Notes: generated by a model from the sequence alone, not told the origin. A DNA stretch of 64,000 nucleotides from Octopus sinensis (GCF_006345805.1 NC_043010.1:372001-436000); one strand, 5' to 3'; counted from the stretch's first letter, positions 22,222 through 33,870 are shown. Numbers and translations are program-made.

Positions 22222-24183
22222 ATGTTTCCTGTACAGCCAATCTACTCAATGGGGAAACAGTTTAATTTCGACTTCTATGGCAAACCTGCTTTCCCAGCAA
22301 ATGAACATTTGAAAAGCTATGAAAGTGTTTCCCATTTGTCTGATAAATCATTTGGTTTCGACCTTTGTTCGAAACCACCCAATCACAACAACAACTCTCT
22401 TGCCATGAAAAATCATGGCAAGAAATCTATGAACAACTCTTCTTCAGAGTCAATGTTAACTCATTCTGGCAACAGTGAGTTACCAAACAGGGAGGGCTGT
22501 AACCATATCGGTAATAGCAATGTTGGAAACAAACCCTTTAACTGCACTGTTTGCTGCAAGAGTTTCAGCCAGCGGGCAAATCTCAACAATCATGAACGTG
22601 TGCACACTGGGGAACGGCCGTTCAGTTGCAGTTTCTGTCAAAAGTCATTCAGCCAGAAGGCTAACTTGAAAAACCATGAACGTGTTCACACTGGTGAAAA
22701 GCCTTTCAGGTGTCCATTTTGTGAAAAAACCTTTAGCCAGCGAGCTAACCTAAGTAACCATGAACGCATTCATACTGGCGAGAAGCCGTTTGTATGTCAT
22801 GTGTGTCAAAAAGCATTCAGCCAGAAGGCAAACTTGAATAATCATGAACGTGTTCACAGTGGCGAGAAACCATTTAGCTGTACCTTTTGTGGTAAGGGCT
22901 TCTCTCAACGCGCTAACCTTATTTCTCACGAGCGAATTCATACAGGCGAGAAACCATTTGTGTGTGTTGTGTGTCGGAAAGCTTTCAGTCAAAAAGCAAA
23001 CTTGCATAATCACGAACGTATTCACACTGGTGAGAAACCCTTTAATTGTCCATTCTGTGGCAAAGCTTTCAGTCAAAAGGCGAACCTTGTCAACCATGAA
23101 CGCATCCACACTGGCGAGAAACCATATCATTGCGAGACGTGTCACAAAGCTTTCAGTCAAAAGGCCAATTTACATAACCATCAACGTATTCACACTGGAG
23201 AGAAACCATTTCATTGCGATGTGTGCCAAAAATCTTTCAGTCAGCAAGTCAATTTGAATAACCACGAGCGTATACACACAGGGGAAAGGCCTTTCAAATG
23301 TAAGATATGTGAGAAAACATTCTCTCAAAAAGCCAATCTGCACAATCATGAACGCATTCACACTGGTGAGAAACATGCTAGCTGTGATTCATGTCCAAAA
23401 CTGTATGGTCCTCATGGGAAACATAAGGATCCCTGTTCCTCTCATGGACCAGGAAAGCCATTTGATTGTTCATACTGCGACAAGGACATGACTGCAAGAA
23501 ACAGTATGAACCCTCACCAACCCCTATCACCAAATGTAAAACCATTTGTCTGTCCATACTGTGGCAAAGGATTTTGTGAAAAATCTAATTTGAATATCCA
23601 TGAGAATTATTGTCCTCAGAAGAGACTTTCTCTCAAGCATGCCTTAAACAACAGTAGCAGCAGTACCATGACTACCACCACCACTACCAACAACAACAAC
23701 AACAATACCGGTGGTAGTAGCAACGGTAACAACAACAGCAACAATAACAGGAATGGTGAGAATTTCCATGGACAACAAGGCCACAACAATGATGCGACGC
23801 CACATCATACAGATAAACAGATGAGTTGTGATGGATACAAAGCGAAGAATTACTCACCTCGAACAGGCACCATGAAAGATGGTGGTAAAGACACGGTGTC
23901 AGCCCAGAACCCATCTGTTGGCAGGAGCGATGGAGGTTCCTCCCTCAGTCAGTCACAAATGGGAAGAATTCCGCCATTGAACATACCATCGTCCAGAATA
24001 GGTTCCTCGTCGTGTTTCCCCCAGATGACAGCCGGATGGGAAAACAACTACAGCTGGTCCAGAACATTCCCTATGGCGCCACCACGTTGGGGCCAGAACT
24101 GGGCAAATGCAGCCGGTATGCCTCCATTGCAGGCACCGTTAACTTCTGGAATCCGATCACACAAGCCTCGTGAACAGAACTAG
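22222..24183 (+). CDS. C2H2 zinc-finger protein, 653 aa, uninterrupted ORF: 10 tandem canonical fingers, 2 degenerate fingers, 1 C2HC finger, Asn/Thr-rich C-terminus
   Basis: F-x-C-x2-C-x3-F-x5-L-x2-H-x3-H repeats with TGEKP linkers at 22537-23361; first in-frame ATG at 22222 (the track start at 22129 is TTG). Confidence 0.95.
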   Translation: MFPVQPIYSMGKQFNFDFYGKPAFPANEHLKSYESVSHLSDKSFGFDLCSKPPNHNNNSLAMKNHGKKSMNNSSSESMLTHSGNSELPNREGCNHIGNSNVGNKPFNCTVCCKSFSQRANLNNHERVHTGERPFSCSFCQKSFSQKANLKNHERVHTGEKPFRCPFCEKTFSQRANLSNHERIHTGEKPFVCHVCQKAFSQKANLNNHERVHSGEKPFSCTFCGKGFSQRANLISHERIHTGEKPFVCVVCRKAFSQKANLHNHERIHTGEKPFNCPFCGKAFSQKANLVNHERIHTGEKPYHCETCHKAFSQKANLHNHQRIHTGEKPFHCDVCQKSFSQQVNLNNHERIHTGERPFKCKICEKTFSQKANLHNHERIHTGEKHASCDSCPKLYGPHGKHKDPCSSHGPGKPFDCSYCDKDMTARNSMNPHQPLSPNVKPFVCPYCGKGFCEKSNLNIHENYCPQKRLSLKHALNNSSSSTMTTTTTTNNNNNNTGGSSNGNNNSNNNRNGENFHGQQGHNNDATPHHTDKQMSCDGYKAKNYSPRTGTMKDGGKDTVSAQNPSVGRSDGGSSLSQSQMGRIPPLNIPSSRIGSSSCFPQMTAGWENNYSWSRTFPMAPPRWGQNWANAAGMPPLQAPLTSGIRSHKPREQN

Positions 24184-25749
24184 CTCCTCCAAGATTGTAT
24201 ATACCTGTAGACATTTTACAAACAAACACGTGATTGAACGAACAAGGAAAGACAGACAGACAGATAGCTAGAAAGAAACATGACTATGAGGTATGGCAAT
24301 GCTCCAGCATGGCCACTGCCGACTGGCTGGAACCAGTATAAAGAGTATTTTATTTATAAAGTACCTAGTTAACTCTCTCTCTTAAAAACCACCCTGAAGA
24401 ACAACAGCAGCAACAACAATTATTATAATAGCAGCAGCAGCAAGGAAAAGCAGTGATGTGGGTCGAGCAGCAGACTAGATTCTTCACAGTATTTAGTTTG
24501 TTGACATTACTTTTACACTCCTCGTGAAGATGAGGATGGGGGAAGGGTAAATGGGGAAAGAAACGGGAGGGGGGGTTGATAAAAGAAGTACCAATAATAT
24601 ATATTATATCATTATGCGATATGGTGGAGTGGAAGAGGTGAGTCGGGTCATTTCAGTATACAACAAACCACACCCGCTCTTTCTTCTCACCTCTCACAAA
24701 AAATGGTTTTCACTTGTGCCAAAGGCAGAAACCAGTAACAACTGTTACAGCAGCAACTGTGACAACAACAACAACTACAATATACATCATTGAGACAATT
24801 TATTTTGCTTTTATTTTATATTTATATATTAAAAAAAAAACACGGAAACCCTAATGATTTCTTACATAGATGTGACATCAGATTTGTAAAGAGGGAGGGG
24901 GGAAAAGGACTTAGGGAGAAGGGGCTTAGGGACAGTGGGGAATGGAGATGACAAGTGGTGACATTGATGCATTTTCTCTTGAGATACCAACCATGGAATA
25001 ATTTGTTGCATAGATTTATAAGAAAACAAAAGCCTAATATTTGTTAAATTGCTTAAGGTTCTCAAGAAAGGCTCAAATGTCTCCTAAATTCATTGAAGGG
25101 AAAGCAAATGGTGTAGAGAGGAGGAAAATATTTTACAAGGCAAGTCCCTTTCCTTATTATACTGCTGACGATGCTTTTGTTTTGAGAGAAGCATAAATGA
25201 ATGTCTCATAATTTCATTTAATTGTATTAATATAACGCCTAAATTATCAATATGCAAAAAAACAAAGAGTTTTTTTTTCAGCTTACTTAATAAGTCTGGA
25301 ATATTTATGAGTTAAGAAAAACAAACAAAAAAAAAACCCAAAATATAATTTTTCAGACATATCATAGCAATGTGGATAGCATTTTGGATTAGTTTTGATA
25401 TTGTCAGAAATCAACAATAGCGAACACCTTGATGGGTTATCTAAAAACTCATTCAAAATTCATTCATTTTGGGAGCAATTTTTCAAGTACAATCTGTGAA
25501 GAATGCTGTGCTACTACTGATAAAACTTTAATGAATGTAATTGGCATCGAATATTTAATATTTGCAGCACAGTAGCAAAGTTGTAACAGTTTAAAAAAAA
25601 ATTTTCCATGAAGATAATCAATCCTGCTTCATTCATACATACACACATACATACATACATACATACATACATACATACATACATACACATGCATACATAC
25701 ATACATACATACATACATACATACATACGTACGTACGTACATACATATG

Positions 25750-25990
25750 TTAAGTGAAATGACAAATAACTGAGAGTTTCTTACAAAAAAGGGGAGTTTA
25801 GTACTCTTTACATATTTTAGCCACAAATGTCCAAAATCAAAAGTGGAAGCAGCAAAGAAATCTTTTCTAACATGGTCAGATCTTCATAGTGAACATTTTT
25901 TTTTTTTTTACTCTGTTTATGTCTGATGATGGGCTTTTGTGCCTGAAACATATAAAGGTTTTTTTAAACTGTCCCCCCTTTTTCACATTC
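25750..25990. mobile_element. Old diverged inverted-repeat element with a degenerate hammerhead
   Basis: CTGATGA-tgggc ttttgt gcct-GAAAC at 25923-25949; diverged reverse complement at about 25786-25833. Confidence 0.5.
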
Positions 25991-26107
25991 ACGTGGAGCT
26001 TTAGGTGTTTTCGCTCAATAAACACTCACAACGCTCGGTCTGGGAATCGAAACCGCGATCCTACAACCGCGAGTAAGCTACCCTAACCACTGGGCCATTG
26101 TGCCTCC
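25990..26107 (-). mobile_element. tRNA-derived SINE 5' part
   Basis: Minus strand ggaggcacaatggcccagtggttagggtagc...gatcgcggtttcgattcccagaccgagcgttgtgagtg. Confidence 0.75.
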
Positions 26108-26277
26108 ATATATATATATATGTATATATATATGTATATGTATATATATATATTATATATGTATATGTATATATATATGTATATGTATGTATATGTATAT
26201 ATATATGTATATGTAATATATATATATATGTATATATATATAATGTATATATTATATATGTATATGTAATATATATA

Positions 26278-26318
<41 letters not shown>

Positions 26319-26348
26319 GTATATATATATATGTATGTATATGTATAT

Positions 26349-26382
<34 letters not shown>

Positions 26383-26502
26383 GTATATGTGTGTGTATAT
26401 ATATATATAGTATATATATATATATATGTGTGTATATATATATATGTGTATATATATATATGTATATGTGTATATATATATATATATGTATATGTGTATA
26501 TA

Positions 26503-26535
<33 letters not shown>

Positions 26536-26573
26536 GCATGTATATGTATATGTAATATATATATATGTATATG
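26108..26573. repeat. (TA)n/(TATG)n microsatellite
   Basis: Direct reading. Confidence 0.95.
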
Positions 26574-28016
26574 TAAATTATTGAAACGTCAATAATTTTG
26601 CTCCACAGCCACCATTTCTTATAGTTGCTTGCATGCCATGCAAATAATGTTGTTGAACCATAAAGAATCCAATGAGATCGTCAAAGCTTTTAATTTTGTT
26701 GTTTTCTTCAAATAAGAATGCAGTAATTATTTGGAATGCCAAGAATTATTAACAGTAGCCATTATAGAGTTAAGACAAGCAAGTGGTTTTGAGTGGAGGT
26801 GGGCATTTAATCAGGAAAGTCCCTCCACTAGTAATAATGCTGCACCAGTAGTATTGTTATTTGAGAAATGCATGAACATCTCATAATCTTATTTAACCCT
26901 TTTGTTACCATATCTTTGTTGAACTACTTTGCCATTTTTTGAGATTTTGAAAATAATAAAGAATTTAGTTAATTAGCTTTCTTATAATTAAGCAGGTGTT
27001 TGGAACATAAATTAATTAAGATGGAGTTTTGATGGAAGGTTTTAATTTAGATCATTTTTGGAAATGGAGAATTCGTAATGTAGAACCAGGGTCAGTTTCA
27101 GACAGGCTGGTAGCAAAAGGGTTGAGGGAGAGAGAGAGAGAGAGAGAGGACAACTCTGGAGCAAAGGCAAGCATTTAATGAGCCAAGTCCAGGAACTGTT
27201 ACTCTTCCCAATTGCAGACATTCTCTTTTCACTTCTACTGCTGTTAATTTTGGAGTGGCAGAATTGGTAGAGCATCAGACAAACAACATCATCGCAATTG
27301 GTTATGTTCCTTTATATTCCGAGTTCAATCCTGCCTACACCTGCCCTATTCCAAGGTCAATAAAATATGAGAAAAGTCAACTGGAATGAATATAACTGAT
27401 TAAATGTTTTGAAGTGCTCCAGCATAGCTTCTGTCCACTGACTGGAAATTCATAAAAGAAGCATTAAAAACTATTATGCTTTTGCTCATTACCACCTCCA
27501 TCTTGTAAATCTGACACCTTGTGCCTGTGTAAGAAATCAATATTTCCTATGTATTGATCATTAATTTTGTAATCATGAAAATGTGTGTATTATACATACT
27601 TGTGTAAGTGTGTGAGTGTGTGCACGCATGCACATGTGTGCACATATGTGTGTATGCATGTGTACATTCACTTAATGTATGTTGAACAATTTGTGTCTCT
27701 TTTAACAATGCAGACTTTGTTGACAGATGCATATGCTCAACCACATACACACACACACATACATACCATATATATATACATTTGCACACACATGCACATA
27801 TATACATAGGTACACACACATGCACATATATATGTAGATGCACACACACATACACAGATACATACACATACACACATGCACATAAATACTTAAGTATACA
27901 ACCACCTCTCTCTGTCATATACACACACACACACACACCTATAGAAGATGTGTATGGCCACCACCACAAAAGGAGAGTCAGTGAGTTCTCTGGTAGCTCA
28001 GTCTTCAGCTTGGTTT

Positions 28017-28123
28017 CATTTAACCACTGCTACCATTTAACCACTGCTACCATTTAACCACTGCTACCATTTAACCACTGCTACCATTTAACCACTGCTA
28101 CCATTTAACCACTGCTACCATTT
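28017..28123. repeat. 17-bp minisatellite (catttaaccactgctac) x6.3
   Basis: Identical units, no spacers. Confidence 0.95.
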
Positions 28124-28264
28124 CAGAATGTCATCAATGCCACAAAGCCCTATTCACCTTTACTCATTCACACAGCCAGGATAAGTTACTGTAAAACTCT
28201 GCTTCTGTCATAATTTCTTACTCTGGTATTGCTGATTAAGTTGATTCTAGCATATTACCTGGTA

Positions 28265-28425
28265 GGTGTTGGCATGTAGGCAAGAAGCTTGCTTCTCAAC
28301 CACGAGGTTTTGGGTTCAGTTCCACCATGTGACACATTGGACAAGTGTCTTCTACTATAGCTCCAGGCTGACCAAAGCCTTGTGAGTGGATTTGGTAGGC
28401 AGAATCTGAAAGAAGCCCATCATAT
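28265..28425 (+). mobile_element. 5' half of the microsatellite-containing tRNA-derived SINE
   Basis: aagaagcttgcttctcaaccac..gggttcagttccac..gtgtcttctactatagc..gtggatttggtag..gaaagaagccc, then (TA)n. Confidence 0.75.
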
Positions 28426-28435
28426 ATACATATAC

Positions 28436-28508
<73 letters not shown>

Positions 28509-28521
28509 GTATGTATATATA

Positions 28522-28563
<42 letters not shown>

Positions 28564-28567
28564 TATA

Positions 28568-28848
28568 AGGGAGAAAAGAGAAAATTGGAATACAATGTGG
28601 AAAGTTTCACAAACTTTTCCACATTGTCAGATTACACCTACATTTGAAGAGTGGCTGCTACTGCTAGCAAAACACTGAGGGATTTGAATGGATTAATGGG
28701 ACCTGTATAACTTGACATTATCTAGACTATTTACCTCCTGAAAATGGGCCTTTGTGCCTGAAATATAAAGATTTTGTAAAACTTTCCTATTTTTTCTCTT
28801 TTTTCCATTCTTTGATATTACAATGCTTCAAGCGAACTACAATGTTCA
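28568..28848 (+). mobile_element. TA-flanked element with degenerate hammerhead and partial terminal inverted repeat
   Basis: ctgaaaa-tgggcctttgtgcct-gaaatata (28738-28767) related to 25923; hairpin acaatgtggaaagttt/aaacttttccacattgt. Confidence 0.45.
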
Positions 28849-28868
28849 TATATATACATATACATATA

Positions 28869-28908
<40 letters not shown>

Positions 28909-28909
<1 letters not shown>

Positions 28910-29092
28910 CATCATCATCATTGTTTAACGTCCGTTTTCCGTGCTAGCATGGGTTGCACGGTTTGACCGGGGTCTGGGAAGCCAGGAGGCTGCACCAGGC
29001 TCCAGTCTGATCTGGCTGTGTTTCTACAGCTGGATGCCCTTCCTAATGCCAACCACTCCGTGAGTGTAGTAGGTGCTTTTTACATGCCACCG
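28909..29092 (-). mobile_element. RTE-type 3' tail element
   Basis: Reverse complement of the (GAT)n-tailed family. Confidence 0.75.
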
Positions 29093-29330
29093 ATATATAT
29101 ATATATCATGTTGGTAGTCGGGCAAATCCTCACTGCTTTCTTTTGAAGCACATCTGCTTATTCCATTTATACAATCCAATATGTAGTCTCAGTTGCTGCT
29201 GTATGTTAGTTCAAAATACACATTGAGACTTGAGAATTATAGAAATGTTAATTGCAGGGTTATATATGTCTTGCAAACACCTTGCACATGCAAGTGCTAC
29301 CAGTCAAAAACTCTGTATACCGTATATGTG

Positions 29331-29700
29331 TGGGCATGTAAGAAACACCATCCGATCGTGGCCGTTCGTCAGCCTCGTCTGGCACCTGTGTCGGTGGCAC
29401 ATAAAAACACCATTCGAACGTGGCCGTTCGCCAGCCTCGTCTGGCACTTGTGTCGGTGGCACATAAAAACACCATCCGAGCGTGGCCGTTCGCCAGCCTC
29501 GTCTAGCACCTGTGTCGGTGGCACATAAAATCACCCACTACACTCTCGGAGTGGTTGGCGTTAGGAAGGGCATCCAGCTGCAGAAACACTGCCAGATCTG
29601 ACTGGCCTGGTGCAGCCTTCGGGCTCCCCAGACCCCAGTTGAACCGTCCAACCCATGCTAGCATGGAAAGCGGACGTTAAATGATGATGATGATGATGAT
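29331..29700 (+). mobile_element. RTE-type 3' tail element with three internal 62-bp tandem units
   Basis: ggcacataaaaacacca... recurs at 29396, 29458 and 29520; ends ggacgttaaat(gat)n. Confidence 0.8.
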
Positions 29701-29940
29701 ATATGTATATATTTGTATGTATATGTATATATATATATTTGTATGTATATATGTATATATATATATTTGTATGTATATATGTATATATATATATTTGTAT
29801 GTTTATATGTATATATATATATTTGTATGTATATATGTATATATGTGTATGTATATATGTATGTATATATATTTGTATGTATATATGTATATATATATAT
29901 TTGTATGTATATATGTATATATATATTTGTATATATATAT

Positions 29941-30403
29941 GCCGGGAAAGATATGCCATAATATACATCTGGAAGATCCTGGAGGGAAGTGTCCTGAACT
30001 TTGGCATCGAGAGTTACGCAAATGCCAGAACTGGGCGCCACTGCGTGGTGCCTAGGACTCCAAACTTGCCATCAAGATGTAGGACAAGATTCTGTGATAG
30101 CCTGGGCTTCCGAGGCCCACAGCTCTTCAATATCCTCCCGAAGAACCTGAGAGACCTACATGGGGTGGATACAGATGTCTTTAAAATGGAGCTGGATCTC
30201 TTCCTGTCAGGTGTCCCAGATGAACCAACTTCACGGCAGGAGGGGCAGATGAGGGCAGCTGCATCGAATTCTCTCATGCACCAAATAGCAGTTGCTAGAA
30301 AGCCTCCATGAAGTGAAACCAAGTAGCAACACCAAATGGCGGTGCCCCAGCATGGCCACAGCTCATAAGCTGAAACTAGAATCAATCAATCAATCAATCA
30401 ATC
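29941..30403 (+). mobile_element. 5'-truncated CR1-clade LINE 3' end with (ATCA)n tail, inside a TA-rich minisatellite
   Basis: [34 protein letters not shown]... homologous to the ORF2 C-terminus at 15064-15440. Confidence 0.85.
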
Positions 30404-30682
30404 ATATATATATGTATATATGTATATATATATTTGTATGTATATATGTGTATATATATGTATATATATATATATATATTTGTATATATATGTGTATATA
30501 TATGTATATATATATGTGTATATATATATATATGTATATATATGTGTGTGTATATATATGTATATATTTGTATGTATATATGTATATATATATATTTGTA
30601 TGTATATATGTATATATATATTGTATGTATATATGTAATATATATTTGTATATATATATTTGCATATATATATTTGTATATA

Positions 30683-30714
<32 letters not shown>

Positions 30715-30904
30715 GTCGGTCCCGGGTTGAGTCGGGGTAACCACAGTAAATAAGGTACTCAATACATAGCAGAGTAAATTAATTTATTTTATAGAAGGAG
30801 CTTCTACAGGACTAGAACTGTTTCATTCAAAAGAAATCATCAGGAAGCTCCTGATGATTTCTTTTGAATGAAACAATTCTAGTCCTGTAGAAGCTCCTAT
30901 AAAA

Positions 30905-30910
<6 letters not shown>
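30715..30910. mobile_element. TA-flanked palindromic element made of two head-to-head hammerheads
   Basis: Arms about 30782-30845 / 30849-30911; left unpaired extension from 30715. Confidence 0.8.
30798..30850 (-). ncRNA. Type I hammerhead, canonical core (mirror copy on + at about 30844-30897)
   Basis: gagcttc-CTGATGA-tttc tttt gaat-GAAA-cag ttctagtc ctg-TA-gaagctc; 7-bp stem I, GUA triplet. Confidence 0.8.
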
Positions 30911-30950
<40 letters not shown>

Positions 30951-30981
30951 GTATATATATTTGTATGTATATATGTGTATA

Positions 30982-31030
<49 letters not shown>

Positions 31031-31109
31031 ATATATATGTGTATATATATGTGTATATATATGTATATATATATGTGTATATATATATATGTATATATAT
31101 GTGTGTGTA

Positions 31110-31600
31110 TCTCTTATTATAAAAGCAGATTTTATCTGCCTCCCTTTGGGAGTTATACAAATCTACAATATACGATTTCTTCAATTACAATTTACCGTGC
31201 ATTTTTAAGAGTACAATGCATCGCGTCATGCCAGGTCCAGTTTTTTAAATTTAAACTCCAATTAAGCAAAATTTACAGAAAACTCACATTCTGGTGTGTG
31301 TGTCAAATGCTTTTCTTAGTCTGGTTTACACCACACGCAAACGCACACACACAGTGGGCAATGAATAAATGAAAGTAATTCACTTACTGTAGTGAGTGAT
31401 GCTTTCACTCTGCCTCCCACTTCCTCTTTCCACACATAGACACGCAAATATATAAATAAAATTGTAAGCTAACGTGCGTGTGTGTGAGTGTGTGTGTGTG
31501 TGTGCGTGTTGTGGTGTTGTGAGGGTGCGTGTGTGTGTGGTGTGTGCGTGTGCGTGAGTGTGTGACAGGAAAGTTTTTTACGACGAATATAAGACCTATA
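31110..31600 (+). mobile_element. Probable Helitron 5' portion (3' end not found)
   Basis: a|TCtcttattataaaagcag start resembles the 5' end of the complete Helitron at 32663; no CTAG/hairpin terminus seen. Confidence 0.4.
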
Positions 31601-31616
31601 TCCAAGTAGCAGAAAG

Positions 31617-31880
31617 ATAAGACAGTAAGGTGTGATTTGAGGGAGATTTGGCTGCTATTTCTACCATGTCTAGCTGCCATGTAGGGGTCTCCCTCATAGG
31701 CTCATACATACATATATACATAGATAAGACAGTAAGGTGTGATTTGGGGGAAATTTGGCTGCTATTTCTACCAGGTCTAGCTACCATGTAGAGGTCCCCC
31801 TCATTGGCTCATATATATATACATACATAAGACAGTAAGGTGTGATTTGGGGGAGATTTGGCTGCTGTTTCTACCAGGTC
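31617..31880 (+). repeat. 2.5 tandem copies of an about 105-bp interspersed-repeat unit
   Basis: ataagacagtaaggtgtgatttg.ggga.atttggctgct.tttctacca at about 31617, 31723 and 31827; single copy near 46628. Confidence 0.85.
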
Positions 31881-32242
31881 TGTTAGGCCTTCTCATGTAA
31901 ACTCAAGCTTTCTCATGCCTTGAACATAAGACCAAAGCAGAGAATGTATTCTTTTATTCTTCTGCTTTTTCCAGCCATTGGTCTGTGGCCATGCTGGGGC
32001 AATGCCTTGAAGAATTGTAGTTTAATGAATCAACTCCATTTTATTTTTTGTAACATTGTACTTATTCTATCTGTTTCCTTTGTCAAACCACTAGGTGACA
32101 GGGATGAAAACAAACCAACATTCGTTGTCAAGCAGTGGTGGAGGACAATCACAAGCACAGACACGCACACACACACACATACATGCATACATAACACACA
32201 TACATACATACATACATATATATATATGTGTGTATATATATA

Positions 32243-32563
32243 TTGCAGCGTGGAAGGTGTTTGTAAGCCTTTAAGAAACACACAAACCCGTTACATTCAC
32301 TTCAACATTTAAATTTAATTTGCCAAAATATTTTCGTCGCTTTCAGACCGCGACCTGTTCACTGACAAAAATATCGTGCTAACAGGTCGCGGTCTCAAAG
32401 CGCCGAAAATTTTTTACAAATTAAATTTAAATGTTGAAGTGAATCTAACGGTTTTTGTGTGTTTCTTAAATGGCTTATAAACACCTTCAACGTTGCAACT
32501 GTTTTTCGTTCCAGCACACGATCTCAGATCAAGTCACTTGCTATGCAAGTACATCTCTGTAAC
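32243..32563. mobile_element. TA-flanked asymmetric inverted-repeat element with a variant hammerhead
   Basis: Arms 32243-32359 / 32381-32498 (several substitutions); right extension to 32563. Confidence 0.8.
32319..32369 (-). ncRNA. Hammerhead-like fold, G3-C8 core variant
   Basis: tttgtca-GTGAACA-g-gtcgc ggtctgaaa gcgac-GAAA-atat-TT-tggcaaa; palindromic stem III aatatt. Confidence 0.6.
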
Positions 32564-32662
32564 TATATATATATTTATATATATATATATATTGTATATT
32601 GGTAAAAACAGTAAGATAACAAAAGAAAGAAAGAGACCTCAATATTATGTAAATAGAGGAAA

Positions 32663-33054
32663 TCTTTATATATAAAAGTGAGGTTGTGTGTCTGTCTCCT
32701 ACGATTTAGATTCCTAACTACTCCCACATTTTGCGGTGCAGTTTAACCAAAACCGGGTATCTTATAGTCGTGATTCATATCGAGACCGTTTGGGTATTAG
32801 TGCGCGTCTACGATGAGTCTACGATTTAAAAAAAAATTTACCATCAATTTTTCCCATTTTTAATCCATTTTTGACATATATAAGGGAAGTAACTCTCTAA
32901 AATTTATTATTAAATCTCAGAACGTAAAAAGCTACAGTAACACCCCTCCCCTTTTGTGGTTAGCATATTGAATGGCTATTATACTTTACATCTCTAAAAA
33001 TGCTTATATATTATTTCCCTTACAAACCCGAGCAACGCCGGCGCATACTGCTAG
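32663..33054 (+). mobile_element. Non-autonomous Helitron
   Basis: A|TC 5' end, subterminal GC hairpin ccg agcaacgc cgg, CTAG|T 3' end, no TSD. Confidence 0.85.
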
Positions 33055-33539
33055 TATATATATATATGTGTGTGTATATATATATATATATGTGTATATA
33101 TATATATATGTGTGTGTGTATATATATATATGTATATAAATGTACACCAGTCTGATCTGGCTGTGTTTCTACAGCTGGATGCCCTTCCTAACGCCAACCA
33201 CACCACAGAATGTACTGGGTGTTTCTTACATGTTACTGGTACAGATGCCTTTTATGTGTCACCAGCATGTATGTGAGTGTGTGTGTGGTGTACATGCATG
33301 TCTTGTTTTTGTGTTTATTCCCCACACTTGCCCAAGGTGCTGTGCAGTAAGACTGAACCTGAAGCCACATGGTTAGGAAGTAATCCTTAAAATTTTGATA
33401 AATGAATGCATAAATATAAATTAATACAAAGAATATAAAAATCAAAGTAAATCAGAGCAATGTGAAACTAAGAAAGGATTTGTCTGAGAGTCTTTCCTGA
33501 CTCAGGCTTCCCTAACTCTCTCCTGACTCTGAGTCTCAT

Positions 33540-33870
33540 GGAGGCGATGAGAAGTGACTGAGACTTTTGGAGATTTGCTGTGCTTGAGAAGACAAGCTTA
33601 GTGAAATTGTAGTCATGGCTAATGACATATGAGAGGCACCTGTGTCAGTGACATTTAAAATGCACCTGTGCTGGTGACACGTAAAAGGCACCTGTACCAG
33701 TAACATGGAAGAGACACTCAGTACACTCAATGTAGTGGTTGGCATTGGGAAGGGCATCCATCCACTGAAACCAAGCAAAAATAGACAGGTGTCTGGTGCT
33801 GCTCTCAAACCATTCAATCCATGCCAGATGGAAAATGGATGCTAAATGATGATGATGATGATGATGATGA
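33540..33870 (+). mobile_element. RTE LINE 3' end (last codons plus 3' UTR plus (GAT)n)
   Basis: ttttggagatttgctgtgcttgagaagac (WRFAVLEK) followed by the tail family. Confidence 0.7.

Noticed and set aside
22475-23914. Alternative-frame and antisense ORFs over the zinc-finger gene
   Set aside because: Shadows of the repetitive finger-coding sequence.
29331-29530. CRISPR-like regular repeats (also 28017-28123 and 13143-13937)
   Set aside because: Head-to-tail units with no unique spacers, no cas genes, eukaryotic context.
26098-31372. Many YI/CV/HT-rich ORFs (also at 12.9-14.4, 37-39, 42, 45.5 and 56.8 kb)
   Set aside because: Translations of (TA)n, (TG)n and (TCTA)n microsatellites that happen to lack stops.
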